UHGV virus genome: UHGV-1351770
DNA length: 64,000 bases
Direction: 5' to 3' (one strand)
Origin: a virus
Shown here one piece after another: positions 34,937-44,788 of the stretch (its first letter is position 1; each line of letters starts with the position of its first letter). The notes under the pieces are model-generated. The model ran no database searches. It saw nothing but the letters and a program-made list of their open reading frames with translations, and had not been told where the DNA came from. A program made the translations under genes and the position numbers.

Positions 34937-35823
34937 GTAGAATAACAGAACTACTTGATCTGAAAGGCATTGAATATAAAGACACAGGTGGGGACATCCT
35001 CATCTGTTGTCTCAATCCAGATCATGACGATAAACACCCAAGTTTGCGTATTGATCCTGAAACAGGTATTATGCACTGCTTGAGTTGTGGCTTCGGTAAA
35101 GGTATACCGAGCATTTACCATTATTTTAATGAGACTCAGTACCGACAGTCCCCAAGACTATCGCAGGTACGTAAAAAGATTTCAGAGATTAGGAATGGAT
35201 CTACGAATCTTGCAATTCCTGAATCTGCTTACCTTTTCGAAGGTGATTTCCGAGGTATAAGTTCTAAGACCTTGAAGAAATATTTTGCTTTCCAACACCA
35301 AGCAGACTGGGAAGGCAGAATTGTATTCCCAATCACAGATGCTGTTGGACGCAATATCCTATTTTTGGGTCGTTCTATAAACAGTTCTGCCCCTCCTAAA
35401 TACTTAGTAAAACCAAAACAAGTTTCACCACCGATTTTCCCTGTACGATATAATACTCCAGTTCTTATTCTAGTTGAAGGTATCTTTGATATGCTGAACC
35501 TAGAGGATAATGGTATAGACTATGCTTCTTGCTGCTTTGGTACACATCAGTTTACTTCGGATAACATTGCGGATAAGTTCAGCCCTTATATTATTGCTGG
35601 CGTAAAAGTTGTTGTTATCTTACTAGATAATGATGCTTCTGGTAATAAGGCTGCACAAGCACTGGCCAAGTTAATTCGTACAAAAACGCGTTTAACACCT
35701 GTAGTTGCTAACTTTCTTCTGCCCGAAGGTAAAGATCCGGGTGATTTAAACAAAGATGAAATTGATATGTTAGCAAAACGTATTGAAATTTTAGTTGCTG
35801 AATCGCTTAAAGATTTGGTATAA
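34933..35823 (+). CDS. DnaG-like DNA primase (CHC2 zinc finger plus TOPRIM)
   Basis: CCLNPDHDDKHPSLRIDPETGIMHCLSCG. TOPRIM ILVEGIFDMLNL...LLDNDASGNKAA. Confidence 0.8.
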   Translation: MSRITELLDLKGIEYKDTGGDILICCLNPDHDDKHPSLRIDPETGIMHCLSCGFGKGIPSIYHYFNETQYRQSPRLSQVRKKISEIRNGSTNLAIPESAYLFEGDFRGISSKTLKKYFAFQHQADWEGRIVFPITDAVGRNILFLGRSINSSAPPKYLVKPKQVSPPIFPVRYNTPVLILVEGIFDMLNLEDNGIDYASCCFGTHQFTSDNIADKFSPYIIAGVKVVVILLDNDASGNKAAQALAKLIRTKTRLTPVVANFLLPEGKDPGDLNKDEIDMLAKRIEILVAESLKDLV

Positions 35824-35851
35824 TATTTTCATAAATAACTGAGGAGTCACT

Positions 35852-36181
35852 ATGGAATATGTATATATTTATGAGGATGTTCCAGTATACGACAGTACAA
35901 CACATGAAAGAGTGGAATTAGAACGGTTTACGGTACTAGAATCCCTTAATAAACGAAAGGATTTCCATCTATTTGGAGACTCTAAATTACCAGCATCATA
36001 TATTTATTTTATAGTAAAAGATACTGGTCAAGAGGTATATCTAACGTATGATTGGGCTGTTGTAGAAAATACTGAGCAATCTATGAAAGTACTCAGAGCT
36101 TTCTTGCGCATAGATGAAGAACTTAAGGCAGTAGAAAAGCAGCGCAACGAAATGCTTAAACTACTACACACATATAAATAG
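35852..36181 (+). CDS. Hypothetical protein (109 aa)
   Basis: GAGGAG SD. Confidence 0.5.
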   Translation: MEYVYIYEDVPVYDSTTHERVELERFTVLESLNKRKDFHLFGDSKLPASYIYFIVKDTGQEVYLTYDWAVVENTEQSMKVLRAFLRIDEELKAVEKQRNEMLKLLHTYK

Positions 36182-36274
36182 TATTTGCTATTATCCTAAT
36201 ACTTTGATATAATATATTGGTAAGTTAGAGAAGAAACACTGAAGTTATACTTACTTACCAAGAGGAGATTAAAT

Positions 36275-38842
36275 TTGAAAATCGCAGTAGTTGATAAAGC
36301 TCTAAACAACACTCGTTATGATAAACACTTCCAGCTATACGGCGAGGAAGTTGATGTATTCCATATGTGTAACGAGAAGTTATCTGGTCGTTTGCTTAAA
36401 AAGCACATTACTATTGGAACACCAGAAAACCCATTTGATCCGAATGATTATGATTTTGTTATACTAGTAGGTGCTGAACCTTTCCTGTACTTTGCAGGTA
36501 AGAAAGGCATTGGTGACTATACTGGTAAACGTGTAGAGTATAATGGATATGCTAACTGGATTGCGAGTATCAGCCCAGCCCAGTTACACTTTAAGCCTGA
36601 AATGAAACCAGTTTTTGATGCAACAGTAGAGAATATCCACGATATTATCAATGGTCGTGAGAAGATTGCAAAAGCGGGTGATTACCGCCCTATTACTGAC
36701 CCTGATGAGGCGGAAGAATATATCAAGATGGTGTATAACATGGTTATCGGACCTGTCGCATTCGACTCCGAAACCTCAGCACTATACTGTCGAGATGGTT
36801 ATCTGCTTGGTGTTTCTATATCTCACCAAGAGTATCAGGGTGTGTATATCGATTCTGATTGTCTCACAGAGGTTGCAGTATATTATCTCCAGAAAATTCT
36901 GGATAGTGAAAACCACACTATTGTTTTTCACAACTTGAAGTTTGATATGCACTTTTATAAGTACCATCTGGGACTTACTTTTGATAAAGCACATAAAGAA
37001 CGCAGGCTCCATGATACCATGTTGCAGCATTATGTTCTAGATGAGCGTCGTGGTACTCATGGCTTGAAATCTCTAGCAATGAAGTATACCGATATGGGCG
37101 ACTATGACTTTGAACTAGATAAGTTCAAGGAGGATTACTGCAAAGCACATAAAATCAAGAAAGAAGATTTCACCTATGATTTAATTCCGTTTGATATTAT
37201 GTGGCCTTACGCTGCAAAAGATACCGATGCCACCCTACGTTTGCACAACTTCTTCTTACCAAAAATTGAGAAGAATGAAAAACTTTGTAGTCTGTATTAT
37301 GATGTCCTAATGCCTGGTTGCGTGTTCCTGCAACGTGTTGAAGATCGTGGTGTACCAATTTCTATTGATCGCTTGAAAGAAGCACAGTACCAGTTAACTC
37401 ATAATCTGAATAAAGCTCGTGAAAAGCTGTATACTTATCCAGAAGTCGTTCAGCTAGAGAAAGATCAGAACGAAGCATTTAACCCAAACTCTGTTAAACA
37501 ACTCCGTGTTCTTCTGTTTGATTATGTTGGCTTAACTCCAACAGGTAAATTGACGGATACTGGAGCAGACTCTACAGATGCAGAAGCTCTGAACGAATTG
37601 TCTACGCAGCATCCAATTGCTAAGACCCTACTAGAGATTCGTAAGCTGACTAAGCTGATCTCTACTTACGTTGAGAAGATTCTTCTGAGTATTGATGCTG
37701 ATGGTTGCATTCGTACTGGCTTCCACGAACACATGACTACTTCTGGTCGTCTGAGTTCTTCTGGTAAACTGAACCTACAACAGTTACCTCGTGATGAATC
37801 TATTATCAAGGGTTGTGTAGTAGCTCCTCCCGGGTATCGTGTAATCGCATGGGACTTAACAACTGCGGAAGTTTATTATGCTGCTGTTCTATCTGGTGAT
37901 AGAAATATGCAACAAGTATTTATCAACATGAGAAATGAACCTGATAAATACCCTGACTTCCACTCTAACATCGCACATATGGTATTTAAGCTCCAATGCG
38001 AGCCTCGTGATGTTAAAAAGTTATTCCCCGCTCTGCGTCAAGCAGCTAAGGCAATTACCTTCGGTATTTTGTATGGTTCCGGCCCGGCTAAAGTAGCTCA
38101 TTCTGTTAACGAAGCTCTTTTGGAACAGGCTGCTAAGACAGGCGAACCGTTTGTAGAGTGTACGGTTGCAGATGCTAAAGAGTACATTGAAACTTACTTC
38201 GGTCAGTTCCCGCAGCTTAAGCGTTGGATTGATAAGTGCCACGATCAGATCAAGAATCATGGATTTATCTATAGTCACTTTGGTCGTAAACGTCGTCTGC
38301 ATAATATCCACTCCGAAGACCGTGGTGTTCAGGGTGAAGAAATCCGTTCTGGATTTAACGCAATCATTCAGTCTGCTTCTTCTGATAGTCTCCTTTTAGG
38401 GGCTGTAGATGCGGATAATGAGATCATTTCTCTAGGCCTAGAACAAGAGATGAAGATTGTTATGCTGGTTCACGACTCCGTAGTTGCTATTGTTCGTGAG
38501 GATTTGATCGACCAATACAATGAAATCCTGATTCGTAATATTCAGAAAGACCGTGGTATCAGTATTCCTGGCTGTCCGATTGGTATTGATTCAGATTCTG
38601 AAGCTGGAGGTTCTCGTGACTACTCTTGTGGTAAGATGAAGAAACAGCACCCATCAATCGCTTGTATTGATGATGATGAATATACTCGCTATGTCAAAGG
38701 TGTGTTACTTGACGCAGATTTCGAGTATAAGAAACTAGCTGCAATGGATAAAGAGCATCCAGACCACAGCAAATACAAGGATGATAAATTTATCGCTGTA
38801 TGTAAAGATCTGGATAACGTGAAGAGGATTCTCGGTGCTTAA
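36275..38842 (+). CDS. Family A DNA polymerase with 3'-5' exonuclease domain (T5 D9-like, 855 aa, TTG start)
   Basis: Exo I AFDSETSALY. Motif B KAITFGILYGSG. Motif C LVHDSVV. AGGAG SD before the TTG. The 855-aa length matches T5 DNA polymerase. Confidence 0.9.
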   Translation: MKIAVVDKALNNTRYDKHFQLYGEEVDVFHMCNEKLSGRLLKKHITIGTPENPFDPNDYDFVILVGAEPFLYFAGKKGIGDYTGKRVEYNGYANWIASISPAQLHFKPEMKPVFDATVENIHDIINGREKIAKAGDYRPITDPDEAEEYIKMVYNMVIGPVAFDSETSALYCRDGYLLGVSISHQEYQGVYIDSDCLTEVAVYYLQKILDSENHTIVFHNLKFDMHFYKYHLGLTFDKAHKERRLHDTMLQHYVLDERRGTHGLKSLAMKYTDMGDYDFELDKFKEDYCKAHKIKKEDFTYDLIPFDIMWPYAAKDTDATLRLHNFFLPKIEKNEKLCSLYYDVLMPGCVFLQRVEDRGVPISIDRLKEAQYQLTHNLNKAREKLYTYPEVVQLEKDQNEAFNPNSVKQLRVLLFDYVGLTPTGKLTDTGADSTDAEALNELSTQHPIAKTLLEIRKLTKLISTYVEKILLSIDADGCIRTGFHEHMTTSGRLSSSGKLNLQQLPRDESIIKGCVVAPPGYRVIAWDLTTAEVYYAAVLSGDRNMQQVFINMRNEPDKYPDFHSNIAHMVFKLQCEPRDVKKLFPALRQAAKAITFGILYGSGPAKVAHSVNEALLEQAAKTGEPFVECTVADAKEYIETYFGQFPQLKRWIDKCHDQIKNHGFIYSHFGRKRRLHNIHSEDRGVQGEEIRSGFNAIIQSASSDSLLLGAVDADNEIISLGLEQEMKIVMLVHDSVVAIVREDLIDQYNEILIRNIQKDRGISIPGCPIGIDSDSEAGGSRDYSCGKMKKQHPSIACIDDDEYTRYVKGVLLDADFEYKKLAAMDKEHPDHSKYKDDKFIAVCKDLDNVKRILGA

Positions 38843-39332
38843 TTTCAAACTGCCCGTATATGCTTTACGGGCATTTGTATCAATTGAGCAAGAAGGTGAT
38901 TATTCCGTAATTACAACAAGATATAATAAATATGTGTTAGATAACAGGAAGTTGCCTGGCACTTTTTCTCAACGTAGACTTATTCTATTTGAGAGACGGA
39001 AAGAATTACCGTACAAGCTCTATCCTATTAGAGGTAGAATATCAATGTTGTCTCAATTAGTTGGGTCAAAGCGTAACCAATTTATAGATTCTGATGGAAA
39101 TCTTATCAATTGGAAGAAAACTACGTTCTATGATGTTGTCACCTCTAAAGTTTTGCATTCAGCTAGAATTTATAACGGAAAATACCAATGCTATGTAGCT
39201 AAAGTTCCATACCCATTTGTGTTATCCTATGTTCCAGCTTATATAAGCTATATTCTGGTAAATAATAGCCCTGTTATTTATCAAGTCCATCAAGAGGAGC
39301 CTGAAATTCCTAGACTTAGAATAAAATTATGA
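38835..39332 (+). CDS. Hypothetical protein (165 aa), AT-rich, Tyr/Lys/Asn-rich
   Basis: Lies between the polymerase and the D10-like helicase. Composition differs from its neighbours. Confidence 0.4.
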   Translation: MLNFKLPVYALRAFVSIEQEGDYSVITTRYNKYVLDNRKLPGTFSQRRLILFERRKELPYKLYPIRGRISMLSQLVGSKRNQFIDSDGNLINWKKTTFYDVVTSKVLHSARIYNGKYQCYVAKVPYPFVLSYVPAYISYILVNNSPVIYQVHQEEPEIPRLRIKL

Positions 39333-40681
39333 AGGTTGTTATATCTAATAAAGCCTATTTCAAGCCCGATGATGAACTTTGGGATTATTGTAGTAAACAA
39401 ACTACTTATCACATTGAGACAATGACTAGTAAATACCCTATTATGTATAAAAATAGTGGTGTTGTTGCCAAAGAGATTAAGTGGATTCCTATCACGCGTC
39501 TAGATTTATTAGATGCTAAAGGAGTAAAATACGAATTAGTAGATAAACGTACATTAGCTCCGGTAGATATACCAAAACCTAAGTTCAAATTGCGTGAAGA
39601 AGACCAGCTCCCAATATATGAAGAGTGTGATGATACCTGTATTATTAATGGTAAGCCTGGATTTGGTAAAACTATACTAGCACTTGCACTTGCGTATAAA
39701 TTTGGCCAGAAAACTTTGGTAATTTGTACCAACACATCTATTCGTGAAATGTGGGCGGCAGAAGTTCGTAAATGGTTTGGGTTTGAACCAGGTATCATAG
39801 GTTCTGGGAAATACAATATTGATCCACCAATTGTGGTCAGTAATATTCAAACAGTGAATAAACATGCGAATAATCTTTCTAAAGTATTCGGTACTGTTAT
39901 AGTTGATGAAGTTCACCATTGTGTGGCTACAACTTTCACTAACTTCCTAGAAATATCATGTGCTCGCTATAAGATTGGACTATCCGGTACATTAAAAAGA
40001 AAAGATGGTCTACAAGTTATGTTCAAAGATTTCTTTGGATATAAGATCTTTAGCCCACCGGTTAATAATACTGTTGCACCTACAATCCATAGGTATTCCG
40101 TACCTGTTGAGTTATCAGGGAACCAAAACGTACCATGGGCATTACGTGCTAACGATGTATACAATCATCCTGAATATCGAGAGACTATTATAAATCTAGC
40201 ACATTTATACGTGAATATGGGGCATAAAGTACTCATTGTAAGTGACAGAACAGAGTTAATCCAAACAGTACTAGAAGCTCTTGCGCAGCGTGGTGTTACA
40301 ACGTATGAAATTATAGGGGCAACCCACTTAGATGATCGATTAAAAATTCAGGAAGATATAGCAAAAGGTGGGCCTTGCGTACTTGCAGCCGCTCAAAGTA
40401 TCTTCTCTGAAGGTATTTCCCTTAACGAGCTGTCTTGTTTAATAATGGGAAGTCTTATTAATAATGAATCTCTCATTGAACAGCTTGCAGGACGTGTTCA
40501 ACGTATTGTCGAGGGTAAACTCGATCCTATTGTTGTAGATCTAATTATGAAAGGTGGTACTGGGCTAAGACAGGCTTCTGGACGTATGGCAGTATATCGT
40601 AACAACGGGTGGAAAACTATTACCATGACTCCTGAGAAAGCAGTTCAATTAGCTAAAATTGCATTTGTCAACAGCGCATAA
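39329..40681 (+). CDS. SF2 helicase (T5 D10-like branch-migration helicase)
   Basis: Walker A GKPGFGKT; DExH VDEVHH; helicase C-terminal domain. Confidence 0.8.
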   Translation: MKVVISNKAYFKPDDELWDYCSKQTTYHIETMTSKYPIMYKNSGVVAKEIKWIPITRLDLLDAKGVKYELVDKRTLAPVDIPKPKFKLREEDQLPIYEECDDTCIINGKPGFGKTILALALAYKFGQKTLVICTNTSIREMWAAEVRKWFGFEPGIIGSGKYNIDPPIVVSNIQTVNKHANNLSKVFGTVIVDEVHHCVATTFTNFLEISCARYKIGLSGTLKRKDGLQVMFKDFFGYKIFSPPVNNTVAPTIHRYSVPVELSGNQNVPWALRANDVYNHPEYRETIINLAHLYVNMGHKVLIVSDRTELIQTVLEALAQRGVTTYEIIGATHLDDRLKIQEDIAKGGPCVLAAAQSIFSEGISLNELSCLIMGSLINNESLIEQLAGRVQRIVEGKLDPIVVDLIMKGGTGLRQASGRMAVYRNNGWKTITMTPEKAVQLAKIAFVNSA

Positions 40682-40689
40682 ATAATGTA

Positions 40690-40830
40690 TAATATATACA
40701 TAAATTTGAGAGAGAAAGTTTCGGATTGATAAGAAAGTCCGAAGCAGAAAAATAAAAATTTTAGTTGCTAAATTCTCTCGAAATCTAGTATAATATATAC
40801 ATAAATTCGAGGAGAAAACAAAAATTAAAT
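40690..40830 (+). promoter_or_regulatory. Two tandem copies of the conserved early promoter/leader separated by a hairpin
   Basis: tgtataatatatacataaatttgagagag at about 40690 and tagtataatatatacataaattcgaggag at about 40785, each with TTGCTA-like -35. Confidence 0.6.
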
Positions 40831-40901
40831 TCTTCGATTATGAAAAGCTATATTTACTAGCTAGAGGAAATTCCGACCTAATTATTAAGCTCTTCAAAAG
40901 A

Positions 40902-41186
40902 ATGCTTACAGAGCCTGATGCTCACCAATTATTGGTCGGTTCCTCATTCATTTTAAATGAATCAACAATAGTTGATAATCCAAATAAATTGTCTAATAGA
41001 CAACTGGCAGAATATCTAGGAATTTTAAGTCTACGAAATTATGCCGAATACAAGTTTACAAACGATCCTAGTTTGGACATACAATATGTTCCAGTATGGA
41101 TACCACGTTTAGTAATCGACACTAACCCACTAATCGCAATTAACAAATCGAAATTAATCTTTAAAGAGGAAATAAAATATGGCTAA
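40902..41186 (+). CDS. Hypothetical protein (94 aa); start uncertain
   Basis: No SD at the ATG at 40902. The frame is open upstream to 40794 without an ATG. Confidence 0.35.
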   Translation: MLTEPDAHQLLVGSSFILNESTIVDNPNKLSNRQLAEYLGILSLRNYAEYKFTNDPSLDIQYVPVWIPRLVIDTNPLIAINKSKLIFKEEIKYG

Positions 41187-41952
41187 GTCTTGGGGCGAAA
41201 CTACTGGCGGTTCTAACGATAAAATCGAATTCCTGAAGTTCAACAACGGTATCACTCGTGTTCGTATCGTTTCTGGTGTTCTTCCACGTTATGTCTATTG
41301 GCTGACTAATAAAGAGGGTAGCGTAGCTCCTTTCGAATGTCTACGTTTTAACCGTGACAAAGAGAGCTTTGTTCGTGGTAAAGCTGATCCGGTTCATGAG
41401 ATGGGCTTCTTCGAGAAAGAGCTGGATAAAGATGGTAATCGTGTTCCGCTGAAACCGAAGAAAAACTATATCGCTTTTGTTATTGACCGTTCTGATAACA
41501 AACTGAAAGTAATGGAAGTCAAGGCTACTATTCTGAAAGGCATCCAGTCTATCATGAAGCAGCTGAGTCTGGCAACTCCGTTTGATATTGATATTTCTAT
41601 CGAGAAAAAAGGTAAAGGTTTCGATACTGAGTATGATGTACAGCAGATTGCTGCTATGCAGTTCCAGATTAAGCTGCAAGATCCTAACAGTGCGGAATCT
41701 AAGCAATATGCTGCGGATGTCGATCTGATCGGTGAAGCTATGTGTGATGAAGATGGCGACATCATTAAGTTCGAAAAAGTTCCTTCTCTAGAACAAACCT
41801 ATCCGGTTCCTACCTATGAAGAGCAGAAAGAGGCAATTCTAGCCTTCATGGAGGGTCGTGAGAATAAAGATGATGATGCCAAATCTGGTAATAGCAATGC
41901 AGGCTCCCAAAAAGGTATTGACTCAGAAGCTGCAAGCGATCTGGACGACTAA
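41179..41952 (+). CDS. Hypothetical abundant protein with an acidic C-terminal tail (possible ssDNA-binding protein)
   Basis: E. coli-optimal codon bias. C terminus ...DSEAASDLDD. Strong terminator at 41957-41986. Confidence 0.45.
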   Translation: MAKSWGETTGGSNDKIEFLKFNNGITRVRIVSGVLPRYVYWLTNKEGSVAPFECLRFNRDKESFVRGKADPVHEMGFFEKELDKDGNRVPLKPKKNYIAFVIDRSDNKLKVMEVKATILKGIQSIMKQLSLATPFDIDISIEKKGKGFDTEYDVQQIAAMQFQIKLQDPNSAESKQYAADVDLIGEAMCDEDGDIIKFEKVPSLEQTYPVPTYEEQKEAILAFMEGRENKDDDAKSGNSNAGSQKGIDSEAASDLDD

Positions 41953-41956
41953 TAAA

Positions 41957-41986
41957 TAGAGGGGCTTCGGCCCCTTTCTTTTTAAC
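41957..41986 (+). terminator. Rho-independent terminator
   Basis: gaggggc-ttcg-gcccct followed by ttctttttaa. Confidence 0.75.
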
Positions 41987-41988
41987 CA

Positions 41989-42966
41989 ATGAGAATATTA
42001 TTTAGTGCTGATCATCATATCAAACTAGGGCAAGATAAAGTTCCAAAGGAATGGCAGAAGCGTCGTTTCCTGATGCTAGGAGAACGGTTAAATGATATAT
42101 TCCATAATCATAACTGTGATCTTCATATTGCTGGTGGTGATATTCTTGATGTTGCCGACCCGTCGTCAGAAGAAATAGAACTGCTTGAACAGTTCATGTC
42201 AAGACTTGACCACCCAGGTAAAATCTTTACTGGAAATCATGAAATGTTAACTAAAACGATTTCATGTCTATATCATTATGCAGGAGTTATTAATAAAGTA
42301 ACTAGTGGAAAGTGGGAAGTAATTACCAAACCATATCGTTCTCCTGAATTTGATATTGTTCCGTATGATGAGATCCATAAATCCAAATGGAAACCGTCTG
42401 AATCAAAACTATGTTTCACGCATGTTCGTGGTGAAATCCCTCCACATGTAAAACCAGAAATTGATCTAACTAAGTATAACTGTTATGATACTGTAATTGC
42501 TGGCGATTTACATTCTTATACTAATAGCCAGACTATAGGATCTACTAGACTTCTCTACCCAGGCTCTCCATTAACTACATCGTTCCATAGAGAACGCACA
42601 AAAGGTACAAATGGTTGCTTTATCGTTGATACCGACACATTAAAAGTAGAATGGATTGAACTAGGTGATTTACCACAACTGATTCGTAAAACAATCGGAG
42701 CTGGTGAAGAGATGGAACCTAGTGATTATGATCGTGTAGTCTATGAAGTTACTGGTGACGTTGTTCAATTAAAGTCAATCAAAGACTCTGATTTATTAGA
42801 TAAGAAGATTAACCATCGAGTTACTAAAGATGCTAAGTTAAATCTTGTTGATCTTGATATGTTAGGTGAACTTGAACTTTACTTCCGTGAAGTCGAGAAG
42901 CTATCTCAAGGCGACATTGATAGAATCTTGGCTAGAGCTGCGAAATATGTCAAAGATTACAATTAA
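41989..42966 (+). CDS. SbcD/Mre11-like nuclease (T5 D12-like)
   Basis: Calcineurin-like phosphoesterase motifs: FSADHH, GGDILD, GNHE. Confidence 0.8.
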   Translation: MRILFSADHHIKLGQDKVPKEWQKRRFLMLGERLNDIFHNHNCDLHIAGGDILDVADPSSEEIELLEQFMSRLDHPGKIFTGNHEMLTKTISCLYHYAGVINKVTSGKWEVITKPYRSPEFDIVPYDEIHKSKWKPSESKLCFTHVRGEIPPHVKPEIDLTKYNCYDTVIAGDLHSYTNSQTIGSTRLLYPGSPLTTSFHRERTKGTNGCFIVDTDTLKVEWIELGDLPQLIRKTIGAGEEMEPSDYDRVVYEVTGDVVQLKSIKDSDLLDKKINHRVTKDAKLNLVDLDMLGELELYFREVEKLSQGDIDRILARAAKYVKDYN

Positions 42967-44785
42967 GACACTAAAATTTAGTAACGTTATGTCTTACGGT
43001 AAGGACATCGTAATTCATTTCGATAAGAATCCAGTTACTCAACTAATTGGTGGCAATGGATTAGGGAAATCCACCATCGCTACGGTTATCGAGGAGCTGT
43101 TTTATAATAAGAACTCACGTGGTATTAAGAAGGATGCTCTGTTCTCTTGGTCCTCTCCGAAAAAAGAGTATGATATGCACGCTTACTTCTCGAAAGATGA
43201 AGATGAGTACGAACTGCATAAAGTAGTTAAATCAACTGCTAAAGTAACTCTTATTAAGAATGGGGAAGATATTAGTGGGCATACGGCAACCCAAACGTAC
43301 AAGATGATTGAGGAGATTATGGGTGGTGACTTCCAAACATTCACCAAATTAATTTATCAATCAGTGGGTTCCAATCTAGACTTTCTAAAAGCAACAGATG
43401 CAACACGTAAGGCTTTTCTTGTTAACTTGTTCAATCAAGAACAGTATAAAGAAATGTCAGAAACTATTAAGGCTGACCGTAAAGAAATAGCAAATACCCT
43501 AAATAATTTGCAGGGCCAAATGGCTGTAATTACGAAAATCCTTAGTGGAAAGAATAACTTGGGAACCTTACAAGAACCAGTCGAAGTGCCTGAGTTTGAT
43601 GAAGAACCCTTAGCACAAGAACTTACTGAATCGAAAATTAAGGCGGCATTAGCCAAGTCACAAGAGGCTAATATTACTAAATTGCGTAATTTGGACAAAG
43701 CTGTACAAGTTGCTGAACAATCTTTCGAGCCTTTCAAAAATTTGCCCGCGCCCACCGACCAAAATGAAGAGATCTCGAGTGTTACGCGTGACCTAACGAT
43801 TGTGACCTCACGTGCGGGCGAAGTTAAGAAACGTTATCAGAAGTTCAAGCAGGAGGCTTCAAATACTGAATGTCCTACTTGTGGTACTCATCTGGATACA
43901 ACTGCTGCTCAAAAAGCAATGGATATGGCTAGAACAGAATATGATCCTCTGTTCAAAGAGAAACAATCTCTTGAAGCTAAGTTAGAACAGTTGAAGAAAG
44001 AACAACTTGAGTACACTACTTATATTAGAGCAAAGGATGCTTTGGATAAAGCAGTGGCAGCTAGAGACGAGTTCAAAAATTCAATGAGTGATGCTTCTTT
44101 TGAAGAACTCAATGTGCAAAACCTACAGGTGCAAATCCGACAACTAGAACAGGAAATCGCTGACGGACGTTCTAAGGTTGCAATTGCCAAAGAGCATAAT
44201 GCAAATGTTGAATTAGCCAATGCAAAATATAAAGCGAAACTAGAACAGATTGAGAAAGCTGAGGCAGAAATGTCTGAGATTACTTCCAAACTGGATGGAG
44301 TATCAGAAGCTGTTGCTGATCTCGATATTCTGATCGCCGCATTGAAAAATCTGGTAGGGTATAAACTAGAGCATAGTGTGAAAGTATTTGAAGAATTAAT
44401 TAATAAATACCTTTCTATTATGACTGGTGGTAAGTTCGCACTTGGATTTGAACTTGATGAAACAAAATTACAAGTAGTAATCTTCAATGATGGAAACCGT
44501 ACCAGTATGGAGAACTGCTCCACTGGTCAACAAAGTAGAATTAATTTAGCAACTCTGTTAGCTATTCGAATGCTACTAACATCTATTAGTAAAGTTAATA
44601 TTAATCTTCTATTCCTTGATGAAGTAATCAGCTTTATTGATACGAAAGGACTTGACACCCTTGTTGAATTATTAAATGAGGAAGAAAGTCTAAATTCTAT
44701 CATTGTTTCTCATGGGCATACGCATCCATTGGCCCATAGGATTACCGTCAAAAAAGATGCAGAAGGATTTTCCTACTTAGATTAA
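42947..44785 (+). CDS. SbcC/Rad50-like ATPase (T5 D13-like); probable start MSKITIK at 42947
   Basis: Walker A GGNGLGKST. Long coiled coil. Signature and Walker B region LLFLDEVISFID. Confidence 0.8.
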   Translation: MSKITIKTLKFSNVMSYGKDIVIHFDKNPVTQLIGGNGLGKSTIATVIEELFYNKNSRGIKKDALFSWSSPKKEYDMHAYFSKDEDEYELHKVVKSTAKVTLIKNGEDISGHTATQTYKMIEEIMGGDFQTFTKLIYQSVGSNLDFLKATDATRKAFLVNLFNQEQYKEMSETIKADRKEIANTLNNLQGQMAVITKILSGKNNLGTLQEPVEVPEFDEEPLAQELTESKIKAALAKSQEANITKLRNLDKAVQVAEQSFEPFKNLPAPTDQNEEISSVTRDLTIVTSRAGEVKKRYQKFKQEASNTECPTCGTHLDTTAAQKAMDMARTEYDPLFKEKQSLEAKLEQLKKEQLEYTTYIRAKDALDKAVAARDEFKNSMSDASFEELNVQNLQVQIRQLEQEIADGRSKVAIAKEHNANVELANAKYKAKLEQIEKAEAEMSEITSKLDGVSEAVADLDILIAALKNLVGYKLEHSVKVFEELINKYLSIMTGGKFALGFELDETKLQVVIFNDGNRTSMENCSTGQQSRINLATLLAIRMLLTSISKVNINLLFLDEVISFIDTKGLDTLVELLNEEESLNSIIVSHGHTHPLAHRITVKKDAEGFSYLD

Positions 44786-44788
44786 AAC

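Noticed and set aside
43435-44523. Minus-strand ORFs inside the SbcC-like gene
   Set aside because: Antisense to a clearly conserved ATPase gene. Ser/Ala-rich artefacts of its coiled-coil codons.
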